Positions 1 to 10,684 are shown, counted from the first letter of the stretch. The stretch is DNA of 32,000 nt from Pseudomonas aeruginosa (GCF_001457615.1 NZ_LN831024.1:2880001-2912000), one strand, 5' to 3'. Program-made: numbers and translations. Notes: a model not told the origin generated them from the sequence alone.

Positions 1-978
1 GCGGCGCAGTTGGCGAAGCTGGTGGGTAACGATTTCAACCAGATGGACATCGGCAGTTGCGCCGACATTCTCAACGGCGTGCTCCTGCCGTCCAGCCGCA
101 GCGACCTGGCGACGCGCCTGGTGGACCTGCGCCAGGGCGCGCTCGGGCGCTGCCAGTCGTTGCAACAGCAGCAGGCGGCGCAGGCCTGGAAGGACCTCGC
201 CGACTACTTCAACCAGTACCTCGCCGGACGCTTCCCGTTCGCCTACAGCCTGGAAGCGGCCGATGCCGAGCCGGGGCGGGTGCGGCACCTGCTGAAACTG
301 ATGGAGACGCGCTTGCCGCAGGTGCGCGAAGGGCTGGCCCAGGTTCGCTCGCCGGACCTGCCGGCCGCCGAGGACTTCGTCCGCCGCCTGGAGCAGGCGC
401 AGCGCTGGCTCGGCCCGCTGTTCGAGCGCGACAAGTCGGGCCTGCTCGGCGTCGCCCTGGACATCGACTGGCGCAGCGACCGCAGCCTGGAACGCGGCGC
501 CGACCAGGTGATCGCCTGGAGCCTGTACTCGGGCGACCAGGAAAGCCGTTTCCCCGGCGCGCAGGACAAGGGCCTGACCTGGAATGTCGGCGATCCGCTG
601 AAAATCATGCTGCGCTGGGCGAAGAACGGCTCGCAGCGTCCGGCAGACGACCCGCGCCAGGCCAGCCTGGCGGTGGCCGACCTCGAGGCCGGCTGGAGCT
701 ACCAGGGCTCCTGGGCGCTGTTGCGCATGATGCGCGCGCACTTCTCCCGGCAGCGCCCGCCGAACGTCGACTACACGGAGTTTCCGCTGGTCCTGCAACT
801 GCCGGTGTATGCGCCCTACAGCCCGGAAAACGAGGCGCGGATGTTCCTCCGCCTGTCGTTGATGAGCCTGGGCGGCAAGACCCCGCTGTCCATCCAACCG
901 CTTCCGGTGCGCGCGCCGCAATCGCCGTTCGCGACGCTGTTGCCGGCCACCGTCGCCAGCACCGGAGGTACCCCATGA
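1..978 (+). CDS. tssM3: Type VI secretion inner-membrane protein TssM/IcmF, C-terminal portion (5' end outside window)
   Basis: Frame +1 is open from nt 1; the track ORF merely begins at an internal TTG at 10. Strong G/C third-position bias. Stop TGA 976-978 overlaps the ATG of the next gene (ATGA). Product assigned from context (directly upstream of an ImpA_N/TssA gene and a sigma-54 activator) and from remembered synteny with the P. aeruginosa H3-T6SS left operon icmF3-hsiA3-sfa3. No diagnostic motif is visible in this fragment, so the family call needs BLAST/HMM. Confidence 0.7.
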   Translation, partial: AAQLAKLVGNDFNQMDIGSCADILNGVLLPSSRSDLATRLVDLRQGALGRCQSLQQQQAAQAWKDLADYFNQYLAGRFPFAYSLEAADAEPGRVRHLLKLMETRLPQVREGLAQVRSPDLPAAEDFVRRLEQAQRWLGPLFERDKSGLLGVALDIDWRSDRSLERGADQVIAWSLYSGDQESRFPGAQDKGLTWNVGDPLKIMLRWAKNGSQRPADDPRQASLAVADLEAGWSYQGSWALLRMMRAHFSRQRPPNVDYTEFPLVLQLPVYAPYSPENEARMFLRLSLMSLGGKTPLSIQPLPVRAPQSPFATLLPATVASTGGTP

Positions 979-2075
979 CCCTGCCTCTTTCCGGCAACGC
1001 CCTGTCCCTGGAAGTGCTGCTCGAACCGATCGACCCCGGACAGCCGTGCGGCCCCAGCCTGCGCTACGACCCGGACTACGACCGCCTGCGCGAGTTGCGC
1101 CGGGAGGACGACAGCAGCCTGCCGACCGGCGTCTGGCAGGCGGAGGCCAAGCGCGCCGACTGGGCCGCGGTGGAGCAGTTGGCCAGCGAACTGTTGCAGC
1201 GGCGCAGCAAGGACCTGATGCTCGCCGCCTGGCTCGGCGAGGCCTGGCTGCAACGCGGCGGGCTGGGGGGATTGCAGCGCGCGCTGGTGCTGCTGGCGGA
1301 ACTCTGCGAGCGCTACCCCGAGGAGGTGCATCCGCAAGCCCAGGACGGCGACCAGTCGTGGCGGGTGCCGCCCATCGACTGGCTGTTGCGCCGCTATGCC
1401 GAGCTGCTGCACACGCGCCTGCCGCTGATGGGGCAGGGCGCGTTCGCCGAGATCACCCTCTATGCCTGGCAGAGGTTGCAGCGCCAGCAGGTCGCCAGCG
1501 GCGACAGCAAGAGCGCCAAGGCGGCGCTGGAAGCGGCGCAACTTCAGCAGAAGAAGCTAGACGAAGCGTTGCGCGCGGAGCCCCTGGTGCAATGGCAGCG
1601 CAAGCAGGCCAGCCTGCTCGCCTGCCAGCAGCAACTACAGCGCCTGGAACAGTGGTGCGACCGCTGCCTGGGCGAACTCGCCCCCAGTTGCCAGCCATTG
1701 CGCGAGGTCATCGCGCAATGGCTGGCCTTGCTCAAGGAGTTCATCGCCATGCACCCGCAAGCGCCGCTGTCCGAAGAACAGCCCCCGGTCGCGGAGGCGG
1801 ACGCCGCCGAAGGCGACGCGGACGGCGAGGAAAGCGTCCCGGCGAGCGCGCCGAGCGGGCCGGCTGGCGCGCCGACCAGTCGCGAGGACGCCTACCGGCA
1901 ATTGCTGCTGATCGCTGACTACCTGGCGCGCACCGAGCCGCACAGCCCGGTTCCCTACCTGATCAAGCGCGCGGTGGAGTGGGGCAACAAGCCGCTGAGC
2001 GAGTTGCTGGCGGAGCTGATCAATGCAGACTCGGAGGCGCGCCGAGTCTGGTCGCTGCTTGGCGTACTGCCCTAA
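975..2075 (+). CDS. tssA3: Type VI secretion protein TssA (ImpA_N domain)
   Basis: ATG at 975 lies inside track ORF 57..2075. The upstream part of that ORF is Arg/Pro/Ala-rich off-frame translation overlapping tssM. The N-terminus LLEPIDPGQPCGPSLRYDPDYDRLRELRREDD is the typical ImpA_N/TssA signature. An acidic Ala/Pro/Glu linker is followed by the C-terminal HSPVPYLIKRAVEWGNKPLSELLAEL. Confidence 0.85.
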   Translation: MTLPLSGNALSLEVLLEPIDPGQPCGPSLRYDPDYDRLRELRREDDSSLPTGVWQAEAKRADWAAVEQLASELLQRRSKDLMLAAWLGEAWLQRGGLGGLQRALVLLAELCERYPEEVHPQAQDGDQSWRVPPIDWLLRRYAELLHTRLPLMGQGAFAEITLYAWQRLQRQQVASGDSKSAKAALEAAQLQQKKLDEALRAEPLVQWQRKQASLLACQQQLQRLEQWCDRCLGELAPSCQPLREVIAQWLALLKEFIAMHPQAPLSEEQPPVAEADAAEGDADGEESVPASAPSGPAGAPTSREDAYRQLLLIADYLARTEPHSPVPYLIKRAVEWGNKPLSELLAELINADSEARRVWSLLGVLP

Positions 2076-2084
2076 TGAGCGGGG

Positions 2085-2137
2085 TTATATTTTTTATTCG
2101 AATATATAAATACGAATTCAGAATTTTTTAATCTATG
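2085..2137. other. Extreme AT-rich island (8 G/C in 53 nt) in the tssA3-sfa3 intergenic spacer
   Basis: Counted directly: ttatattttttattcgaatatataaatacgaattcagaattttttaatctatg has 8 G/C of 53 nt, in a window that is otherwise about two-thirds GC. It contains the palindrome ATTCGAAT (2096-2103) and T/A runs. Function unknown; possibilities are an internal promoter, a nucleoid-protein site or a DNA-bending site. Confidence 0.6.
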
Positions 2138-2184
2138 GGTTCCTGGGGCAAGATGGGCGCACATTCCCCGGCTCGGAACCCAGC

Positions 2185-3270
<1,086 letters not shown>

Positions 3271-3505
3271 GCGTGGCGCTTTACAGTCTTTCACAATTCC
3301 CCCACAAAACCGGCAAGAACCCGGACGGCGGCTGTTCTACAACGGAGCGGTGAATCTCGTTGGCCGGACCAGGGACGTCGCCATGCCTCGCTCCGCTCGC
3401 CTGTGTCGCTCGCTCCCGGTAGCCGCTTTCCCGGCCGCGCCGAGTCCGCCTGGTCCTCCAGTCACAGCAACCTTGGTTTCCCGACCCGGCGAAGAGGATC
3501 GCTGC

Positions 3506-3772
3506 ATGCCGTACTGTTCGCCGGAACAACTCGCCGACCTAGGCCCGCTGCTGGATTGCCTGCGCCGCTGGCCGCGCATCCGCGAGCCGCGGCCGGGGGT
3601 GTTCTACCTGGGCGACCAGCCGTTCTGCCAGTTCCATTCGCGCAATGGCCAGCGCTGGGCCGACGTCAAGCGCCGCAAGGGGCGCCTGCCGCCGTTCGTT
3701 CTGCCGCCGGGCGACCAGCATTCGGCGCGGGCATTCCAGATATTCCTGCTCCAGGCCTACAAGCTGAACTGA
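3506..3772 (+). CDS. Hypothetical small basic protein (88 aa)
   Basis: ATG 3506 is preceded by GAAGAGGA (3491-3498). Third codon positions are almost all G/C. Amino-acid composition looks normal (F, Y, K, D, Q, N present), unlike the overlapping Arg/Ala/Pro-rich frames. It is the C-terminal part of track ORF 2987..3772, whose upstream part overlaps sfa3 out of frame. I cannot assign a family. Confidence 0.55.
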   Translation: MPYCSPEQLADLGPLLDCLRRWPRIREPRPGVFYLGDQPFCQFHSRNGQRWADVKRRKGRLPPFVLPPGDQHSARAFQIFLLQAYKLN

Positions 3773-3792
3773 ACTGTTGCCCGGGCAACAGT
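3773..3792 (+). promoter_or_regulatory. Perfect 20-bp dyad ACTGTTGCC-CG-GGCAACAGT; candidate bEBP enhancer (UAS) for the msuE promoter
   Basis: Perfect reverse-complement symmetry read directly. The dyad centre lies 93 bp upstream of the -24 GG at 3875-3876. Extra half-sites: CTGTTGC at 3805-3811 and GCAACAGT at 3909-3916. The same 8+2+8 dyad recurs at 17407-17424. Confidence 0.55.
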
Positions 3793-3873
3793 CGGACAGC
3801 AGCGCTGTTGCGTGGCTGACAGGCCGAGGCCGGAAACCCGCCGCAACTGCCCGGAAAATGCACATTTCCCCGT

Positions 3874-3889
3874 TGGTACGGCCCTTGCT
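3874..3889 (+). promoter_or_regulatory. Sigma-54 (-24/-12) promoter of msuEDC-sfnR
   Basis: TGGTACGGCCCTTGCT versus consensus TGGCACGrNNNTTGCW has a single mismatch (C to T in the -24 box). The GG and GC dinucleotides are 12 nt apart. The element ends 43 nt upstream of the msuE ATG. Confidence 0.65.
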
Positions 3890-3931
3890 CCAGGGCACTG
3901 CACCTAGCGCAACAGTCCACAGGGAAATCCC

Positions 3932-4492
3932 ATGACCAGCCCCTTCAAAGTCGTCGCCGTCTCCGGCGGCACCTATCGCCCGTCCCGCACCCTGGTACTC
4001 ACCCAGGCCCTGATCGCCGAGCTTGGCCAGTCGTTGCCGATCGACAGCCGGGTCATCGAGCTGACCGACATCGCCGCGCCGCTGGGCGCTACCCTGGCGC
4101 GCAACCAGGCGCCGGCGGAACTGCAGGCGGTGCTCGACGAGATCGAAAGCGCCGACCTGCTGCTGGTCGCCTCGCCGGTCTACCGTGGCTCCTATCCGGG
4201 CCTGCTCAAGCACCTGTTCGACCTGATCGACCTCAACGCCTTGATCGACACCCCGGTGCTGCTCGCCGCCACTGGCGGCACCGAGCGCCACGCGCTGGTC
4301 CTCGACCACCAGTTGCGCCCGCTGTTCAGCTTCTTCCAGGCGATCACCCTGCCCATCGGGGTCTACGCCAGCGAGGCCGACTTCGACAACTACCGGATCG
4401 TCAGCGAGCCGCTGAAGGCGCGCATCCGCCTCGCCGCCGAGCGCGCCGCGCCGCTGTTCGGCGGACGCTCCGAACTGTTGAAGATCGCCTGA
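3932..4492 (+). CDS. msuE: NAD(P)H-dependent FMN reductase (SsuE/MsuE type)
   Basis: 186 aa. N-terminus FKVVAVSGGTYRPSRT is typical of SsuE/MsuE flavin reductases. It is followed after a 9-nt gap (GAGGTG RBS) by an SsuD-like monooxygenase. Order msuE-msuD-msuC as remembered for P. aeruginosa. Confidence 0.85.
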   Translation: MTSPFKVVAVSGGTYRPSRTLVLTQALIAELGQSLPIDSRVIELTDIAAPLGATLARNQAPAELQAVLDEIESADLLLVASPVYRGSYPGLLKHLFDLIDLNALIDTPVLLAATGGTERHALVLDHQLRPLFSFFQAITLPIGVYASEADFDNYRIVSEPLKARIRLAAERAAPLFGGRSELLKIA

Positions 4493-4501
4493 GGTGCGCC
4501 G

Positions 4502-5647
4502 ATGAACGTGTTCTGGTTCCTCCCGACCCACGGCGATGGCCACTTCCTCGGCACCAGCCAGGGCGCGCGGCCGGTCTCGCTGCCTTACCTGAAGCAGGTG
4601 GCACAGGCGGCCGACAGCCTTGGCTATCACGGCGTGCTGATCCCCACCGGACGCTCCTGCGAGGACTCCTGGGTGGTGGCCTCGGCGCTGGCGCCGCTGA
4701 CCGAGCGCCTGCGCTTCCTGGTGGCGATCCGTCCGGGAATCGTTTCGCCGACCGTCTCGGCGCGGATGGCGGCGACCCTCGACCGCCTGTCCGGCGGGCG
4801 CCTGCTGATCAACGTGGTCACCGGCGGCGATCCCGACGAGAACCGCGGCGACGGCATCCATCTCGGCCACGCCGAGCGCTACGAGGTCACCGACGAGTTC
4901 CTTCGGGTCTGGCGGCGCGTCCTGCAGGGCGAGGCGGTGGACTTCCACGGCAAGCACATCCACGTGGAGAACGCCAAGGCGCTCTATCCGCCGCTGCAAC
5001 GGCCGTATCCGCCGCTGTACTTCGGCGGTTCCTCGGAGGCCGCCCACGAACTGGCCGGCGAACAGGTGGACGTCTACCTGACCTGGGGCGAGCCGTTGCC
5101 GGCGGTGGCGGCGAAAATCGCCGACGTGCGCCAGCGAGCGGCTCGCCATGGGCGTACGGTGAAGTTCGGCATCCGCCTGCATGTGATCGTCCGCGAAACC
5201 GCCGAAGAAGCCTGGCGCGCCGCGGACAGGCTGATCGAACACATCTCCGACGAGACCATCGCCGCCGCGCAGCAGTCCTTCGCCCGTTTCGACTCCGAAG
5301 GCCAGCGACGCATGGCCGCGCTGCACGGCGGCCGCCGCGATCGCCTGGAGATCCAGCCGAACCTCTGGGCCGGGGTCGGCCTGGTGCGCGGCGGCGCCGG
5401 CACCGCGCTGGTCGGCGATCCGCGGCAGGTGGCGGAGCGCATCGGGGAATACGCCGAGCTCGGCATCGACAGCTTCATCTTCTCCGGCTATCCGCACCTG
5501 GAAGAGGCCTACCGCTTCGCCGAACTGGTCTTCCCGCTGCTGCCCGAACCCTACGCCAGCCTGGCCGGCCGTGGGCTGACCAACCTGACCGGGCCGTTCG
5601 GCGAAATGATCGCCAACGACGTGCTGCCGGCTCGCGCCGGCGCTTGA
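4502..5647 (+). CDS. msuD: FMNH2-dependent methanesulfonate/alkanesulfonate monooxygenase (SsuD family)
   Basis: 381 aa. [18 protein letters not shown]...[18 protein letters not shown] closely parallels the SsuD N-terminus. LLM/luciferase-like fold. Confidence 0.9.
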   Translation: MNVFWFLPTHGDGHFLGTSQGARPVSLPYLKQVAQAADSLGYHGVLIPTGRSCEDSWVVASALAPLTERLRFLVAIRPGIVSPTVSARMAATLDRLSGGRLLINVVTGGDPDENRGDGIHLGHAERYEVTDEFLRVWRRVLQGEAVDFHGKHIHVENAKALYPPLQRPYPPLYFGGSSEAAHELAGEQVDVYLTWGEPLPAVAAKIADVRQRAARHGRTVKFGIRLHVIVRETAEEAWRAADRLIEHISDETIAAAQQSFARFDSEGQRRMAALHGGRRDRLEIQPNLWAGVGLVRGGAGTALVGDPRQVAERIGEYAELGIDSFIFSGYPHLEEAYRFAELVFPLLPEPYASLAGRGLTNLTGPFGEMIANDVLPARAGA

Positions 5648-5676
5648 GCAGCCGGGCCCCCGAGGAGAAACCCCCT

Positions 5677-6857
5677 GTGAATGCGAAGACCCGCCCCGAG
5701 GCGCAAACGCCGTTGCAGATCGCCCGGCGCCTGGCCGCCGATTTCGCCGAGAACGCCGCCGAGCGCGACGTCGCTGGCGGTACCCCGAAGGCCGAGCGCG
5801 ACGCGTTGCGCCGCAGCGGCCTGTTGTCGCTGATCATCCCGCGCGAATACGGCGGCCTGGGGGCGAGCTGGAGCGAAACCCTGCAAACCGTGCGCGAACT
5901 GGCCCGGGTCGACAGCTCGATCGCCCACGTCTATGGCTTCCAGCACCTGATGCTGGCCACCGTGCGCCTGTTCTCGCGGCCCGAGCAATGGCAGCCGTGG
6001 TTCGAGCTGACCGCGCGCAACTGCTGGTTCTGGGGCAACGCGCTGAACCCGCTGGACAACCGTACCGTGGCCCGGCGCTTCGACGGCTGGCGCGAGTTCT
6101 CCGGGAAGAAGAGCTTCTGCTCCGGCGCCCGCGATTCGGAGATGCTCATCGCCTCGGCACTGGACGGCGAGGGCGGGGCGCTGCTGATTGCCGCCATCCC
6201 CACCGCGCGCAGCGGTATCAGCCTGGGCCAGGATTGGGACAACATGGGCCAGCGGCAGACCGACAGCGGCAGCGCGATCTTCGAGCGGGTGCGGGTGGAG
6301 GAGAGCGAGTTGCTGCTCGATCCCGGGCCGCTGAGCACGCCGTTCGCCTGCCTGCGGCCGCTGATCGCCCAGTTGATCTTCACCGAGGTGTTCCTCGGCA
6401 TCGCCGAAGGCGCCTTCGAGGAGGCTCGCCAGTACACCCTGCGCGAAGCGCGACCGTGGTTCCGCTCCGAGGTCGCCGAGGCCAATGCCGACCCCTATGT
6501 GCTGGCGCGCTACGGCGAATTCTGGGTCGGCCTGGAAAGCACCCGGGCGCTGGTCGAGCGCGCCGCGCAGCGCCTCGACGCCGCCTGGTCCAAGGGCCCG
6601 GCGCTGGACGCCAGCGAGCGCGGCCAGTTGGCCCTGGCCATCGCCGCCGCCAAGGTCGCCGCGACGCGCAACGGCCTCGACCTGTGCAACCGCATGTTCG
6701 AAGTCACCGGCGCCCGCTCCACTCACGCCGCCCTGCGCCTGGACCGCTACTGGCGCAACCTGCGCACCCAGACCCTGCACGACCCGCTGGACTACAAGAT
6801 CCGCGAGCTGGGCGACTGGGCGCTGAACCAGTCACCGCCGCAACCGACCTTCTACTC

Positions 6858-6861
<4 letters not shown>
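5677..6861 (+). CDS. msuC: FMNH2-dependent monooxygenase of the acyl-CoA-dehydrogenase-like (SfnC/DszC-type) family
   Basis: Track ORF begins at TTG 5644, overlapping the msuD stop. I prefer GTG 5677 because GAGGAG (5662-5667) lies 9 nt upstream. ACAD-like sequence throughout. Stop TGA 6859-6861 overlaps the ATG of the downstream regulator. Confidence 0.8.
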
Positions 6862-7988
<1,127 letters not shown>

Positions 7989-8159
7989 GTTCAGGCGCTC
8001 GGGATCGCGGCGGGTAAGCGCAAGCGGTTATTCGGCCAACCTCCCGCGACTATCCGCCGTGCCGGCGCTGCGGCATTCGCCCAAACCCAGCCGGGCGCAG
8101 TAGACTCGGCGCTTTGCGGAGCGTCTGGCTCCGCGCTCTGCGCCAGGTGGAACTGCCCG

Positions 8160-9314
8160 ATGCCCGATACCTCTCCCGATCTGCCGGCCATGTCGCCGCT
8201 CGCCGTCTATCGCCAGGCCGTGGAACAGCGCGGTTTCGCTCCCGACGAGGCGCAGCGGCGCGCCGCCGAGGCGCTGGAGCGTTGTTTCCAGGCCCTGCAT
8301 GAAGCTCACCGCCACGGCGCGATCCAGGGCGTCTACCTGTGGGGACCGGTAGGACGCGGCAAGACCTGGCTGATGGATCACTTCTACCAGTGCCTGCGCG
8401 TGCCCGCGCGGCGCCAGCACTTCCACCACTTCATGCAATGGGTGCACCAGCGCCAGTTCGAACTGACCGGTACAGCCGACCCGTTGCGCGCCCTGGCCCG
8501 CGAGTTGGCGCGGGACGTGCGGGTGCTGTGCTTCGACGAGCTGTTCGTCAGCGATATCGGCGATGCCATCCTGCTCGGCAGCCTGCTGCGCATCATGTTC
8601 GAGGAGGGCGTGGTGCTGGTGGCCACTTCCAACCAGCCACCGGAGCAGTTGTACGCCGACGGTTTCAACCGCGAACGCTTCCTCCCGGCGATCGAGGCGA
8701 TCCAGCGGCACATGGCGGTGGTCGCGGTGGATGGCGGCCAGGACCACCGCCTGCATCCCGGCCGGGCCGAGCAACGCTACTGGGTGGTGGAGGCGGGGCA
8801 GGCGAGCGGTTTCGCCGAACTCTTCGCGCGCCTGAGTGCCGGCGAAGCGGCATCCACGCAGCCCATCGAACTGGGGCACCGCCCGCTGGCGGTGCACCGG
8901 CACAGCGAATCGGTGCTCTGGTGCAGCTATGCGCAGCTCTGCGAGGCGCCGCTGTCGGCGCTGGACTTCATCGGCCTTTGCGACCGCTACCGGGCGATCC
9001 TGATGGACGACCTGCCGTGCCTGAGCGCCGGCCAGCGCGAAGGCCGCATAGCCCGTGGCACCGAGGACGGCGCGCAACTGGTGGAGGCGGGGGATCGCGA
9101 ATTGCCGCAGTTGTCGGTGCACGACGACGGCGTGCGGCGCTTCATCGCCCTGGTGGACGAATGCTACGACCGCAAGGTGCCGCTCTACCTGGAGGCCAGG
9201 GTGCCGTTGGAGGCACTTTATACCGAGGGCTACCTGGCCTTCGCCTTCCGTCGCACCCTCAGCCGGCTGCGCGAGATGCAGCTGGCACGCTTCGGCAGCG
9301 ACAGCGCCGGCTAG
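8160..9314 (+). CDS. AFG1/ZapE-family P-loop ATPase
   Basis: 384 aa. Walker A GPVGRGKT embedded in GVYLWGPVGRGKTWLMD, Walker B VLCFDELFV, and a C-terminal RRFIALVDECYDRKVPLYL block typical of AFG1/YhcM/ZapE proteins. An alternative ATG exists at 8190 (MSPLAVY). Confidence 0.8.
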   Translation: MPDTSPDLPAMSPLAVYRQAVEQRGFAPDEAQRRAAEALERCFQALHEAHRHGAIQGVYLWGPVGRGKTWLMDHFYQCLRVPARRQHFHHFMQWVHQRQFELTGTADPLRALARELARDVRVLCFDELFVSDIGDAILLGSLLRIMFEEGVVLVATSNQPPEQLYADGFNRERFLPAIEAIQRHMAVVAVDGGQDHRLHPGRAEQRYWVVEAGQASGFAELFARLSAGEAASTQPIELGHRPLAVHRHSESVLWCSYAQLCEAPLSALDFIGLCDRYRAILMDDLPCLSAGQREGRIARGTEDGAQLVEAGDRELPQLSVHDDGVRRFIALVDECYDRKVPLYLEARVPLEALYTEGYLAFAFRRTLSRLREMQLARFGSDSAG

Positions 9315-9379
9315 CGCCGCGCCGCCGAAGCGGGAACTGCGGATGGCCGCCCGCGCTCATCCGCCGGCCAGGCCGAGGC

Positions 9380-10507
9380 TCAGTAGCCGTGCCGGCGCAG
9401 CAGCGCGTCCATGTCTTGCGCCGCCGGGCGGCCCTGGAACTTCAGCAGTTCCGAGGTGCGGTTGGTGAAGAAACCGTCGACGCCGGCCGCGCCTAGGGCC
9501 TTGAAGTCTTCCGCCGAGTCCACCGAGTAGGCATGGATGAACAGCCCGCGCGCGTGGGTCATGCGGTTCATCCAGGGTTTCACCAGGTCGGCGTAGCTCT
9601 GTTCGCCGCGTTCGCTGAGGGTCGCCGAGGGGCCGGTGCCCAGCGCGCCGTGGGCCTTGGCCCAGTCCAGCCAGGCGCCGAACTCGGCTTCGGACTTCAC
9701 TTCCTGCCTGGCATAGAAGGCCGCCTTGTCGGTTTCCCCGGATTCCTTGAAGGTCACTGGCGAACGGGCTTCCAGGTAACCGTCGCCGAGCCACAGCAGG
9801 AGAATCTTCGGCACTTGCGGCATGCTTTCTTGCAGCAGTTCCAGGCTGCTCTTCTCGAAGGTCTGCAGGATCACCCGGCCATTGCCGTGGGCCACGTCGA
9901 CATGCCCGGCGGCGGCGCGCTCGCGGGGTTGCAGCCAGCCGCGGCGTTCCAGCAGCTTGCGCAGGTCGTCTTCGATGCCGGGGAATTGCGCCGGTACCTT
10001 GGTCTCCAGGTACAGGCCCGGCTTGTTGGCGCCGCCCTCGGCGATGTCGAGCATCTCGTCGAGGGTGAGGATGCGCAGGCCGACGAAGCCGGGCCGGGCG
10101 CGCTCGGGGAAGGCGCGATTGAACCAGGAGCCGGCGTCCAGGCGCTTGAGTTCGGCGAGAGTGAAGCTGCTCACCGGGTCCTTGGCGCGCTCCGGGAAGA
10201 CCTCGGCGACGTCGGTGGTGCGCTCCAGGGTGTCGTCGTGGAGGGCGACCAGCACGCCGTCGCGGCTGCGCTGCACGTCGGCTTCCAGATAGTCGGCGCC
10301 GAGGTCGCGGGCCAGCAGGTAGGCCGCGGCGGTTTCCTCGGGGGCGTCGTACGAGGCGCCGCGGTGGGCGATGACCGCCGGCCAGGGCACGCCGGCGGCG
10401 GCGCTGAGGGCCTTGCCGGACGGCTCCGCGGCCTGGGCGGCGAGCCCCGCCGTCAGGCCGAGGAGGCCCAGGGTCTTGAATGTTCCTTGCCAGAATCTTT
10501 GCCGCAT
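9380..10507 (-). CDS. Secreted glycerophosphodiester phosphodiesterase (GDPD/GlpQ-like)
   Basis: 375 aa. Signal peptide LGLLGLTAGLAAQAAEP. GDPD motifs VIAHRGASYDAPEET and EADVQRSRDGVLVALHDDTLERTTD. Confidence 0.85.
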   Translation of the reverse strand: MRQRFWQGTFKTLGLLGLTAGLAAQAAEPSGKALSAAAGVPWPAVIAHRGASYDAPEETAAAYLLARDLGADYLEADVQRSRDGVLVALHDDTLERTTDVAEVFPERAKDPVSSFTLAELKRLDAGSWFNRAFPERARPGFVGLRILTLDEMLDIAEGGANKPGLYLETKVPAQFPGIEDDLRKLLERRGWLQPRERAAAGHVDVAHGNGRVILQTFEKSSLELLQESMPQVPKILLLWLGDGYLEARSPVTFKESGETDKAAFYARQEVKSEAEFGAWLDWAKAHGALGTGPSATLSERGEQSYADLVKPWMNRMTHARGLFIHAYSVDSAEDFKALGAAGVDGFFTNRTSELLKFQGRPAAQDMDALLRRHGY

Positions 10508-10659
10508 GAGGCGCCTTTCCTTCTTTCTTTTTCACGGGATTGCCGACCAGTCTGGCGTCGCCGGATGACCGGAGGACGACAGATACAGGTCTGTCCGGCG
10601 CGGGGAAAGATGCGCTGTCGCGGCGACGCTGGTTCCTGTCGCCCTCGGCAAAGCGCCAG

Positions 10660-10678
10660 CCCTCCCAGGCCGGGAGGG
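10660..10678 (-). terminator. Possible weak intrinsic terminator after the MetI-type gene
   Basis: On the minus strand, 6 nt after the TAG stop: CCCUCCC-GGCCU-GGGAGGG (7-bp stem, 5-nt loop). It is followed only by a short UUU seven nt downstream, so it is a weak candidate. Confidence 0.35.
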
Positions 10679-10684
10679 CGGATT

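Noticed and set aside
57-974. N-terminal extensions implied by the longest-ORF track (57-974 before tssA3; 5988-6857 before sfnR; 16683-17540 before sqr; 19752-19976 before mtlZ; 21283-21984 before mtlY; 22773-23024 before mtlD; 28173-28241 before mtlR)
   Set aside because: The extensions overlap the preceding gene out of frame or run through intergenic DNA, have Arg/Pro-rich composition and lack RBS support. Internal ATGs with SD sequences and family-typical N-termini were chosen instead.
2096-2125. Possible Fur/Anr/CRP-type operator in the AT-rich island (ATTCGAAT palindrome, GAATATATAAATACGAATT)
   Set aside because: Only about 9 of 19 positions match the Fur box by eye. There is no TTGAT-N4-ATCAA. 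Short palindromes are expected by chance in an AT-only tract.
2144-2158. Sigma-54-like TGGGGCAAGATGGGC upstream of sfa3
   Set aside because: The GG and GC are correctly spaced, but both boxes are poor (TGGGGC versus TGGCAC, GGGC versus TTGC). No enhancer dyad is nearby, so it is not distinguishable from chance in GC-rich DNA.
3332-3345. Imperfect dyad CTGTTCTACAACGG upstream of the 88-aa ORF, as a third enhancer site
   Set aside because: Arm spacing and sequence differ from CTGTTGCC-NN-GGCAACAG, only about 10 of 14 positions are symmetric, and no -24/-12 element follows.
3539-5497. 652-aa minus-strand ORF antisense to msuE and msuD
   Set aside because: Arg/Ala/Gly/Asp-rich low-information translation typical of the antisense frame of high-GC genes. 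It fully overlaps two plus-strand genes with clear SsuE/SsuD-family similarity, and I saw no RBS or motif.
8116-8134. Hairpin GCGGAGC-GTCTG-GCTCCGC upstream of the AFG1/ZapE-type gene, as terminator of the msu-sfnR operon
   Set aside because: No U-tract follows. It lies 128 nt after the sfnR stop and just before the next start. It could be any GC-rich stem, so I did not call it as a feature.
9344-9370. Bidirectional terminator between the convergent AFG1/ZapE-type and GlpQ-like genes (TGGCCG...CGGCCA)
   Set aside because: Only a 6-bp stem with a 15-nt loop, and no T/A tracts on either side.
10575-10596. Pho-box-like CTGT repeats (GACAGACCTGTATCTGTC on the minus strand) upstream of the phosphodiesterase gene
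   Set aside because: The repeats are not at the 11-bp periodicity of CTGTCAT-N4-CTGTCAT, and the heptamers are incomplete.
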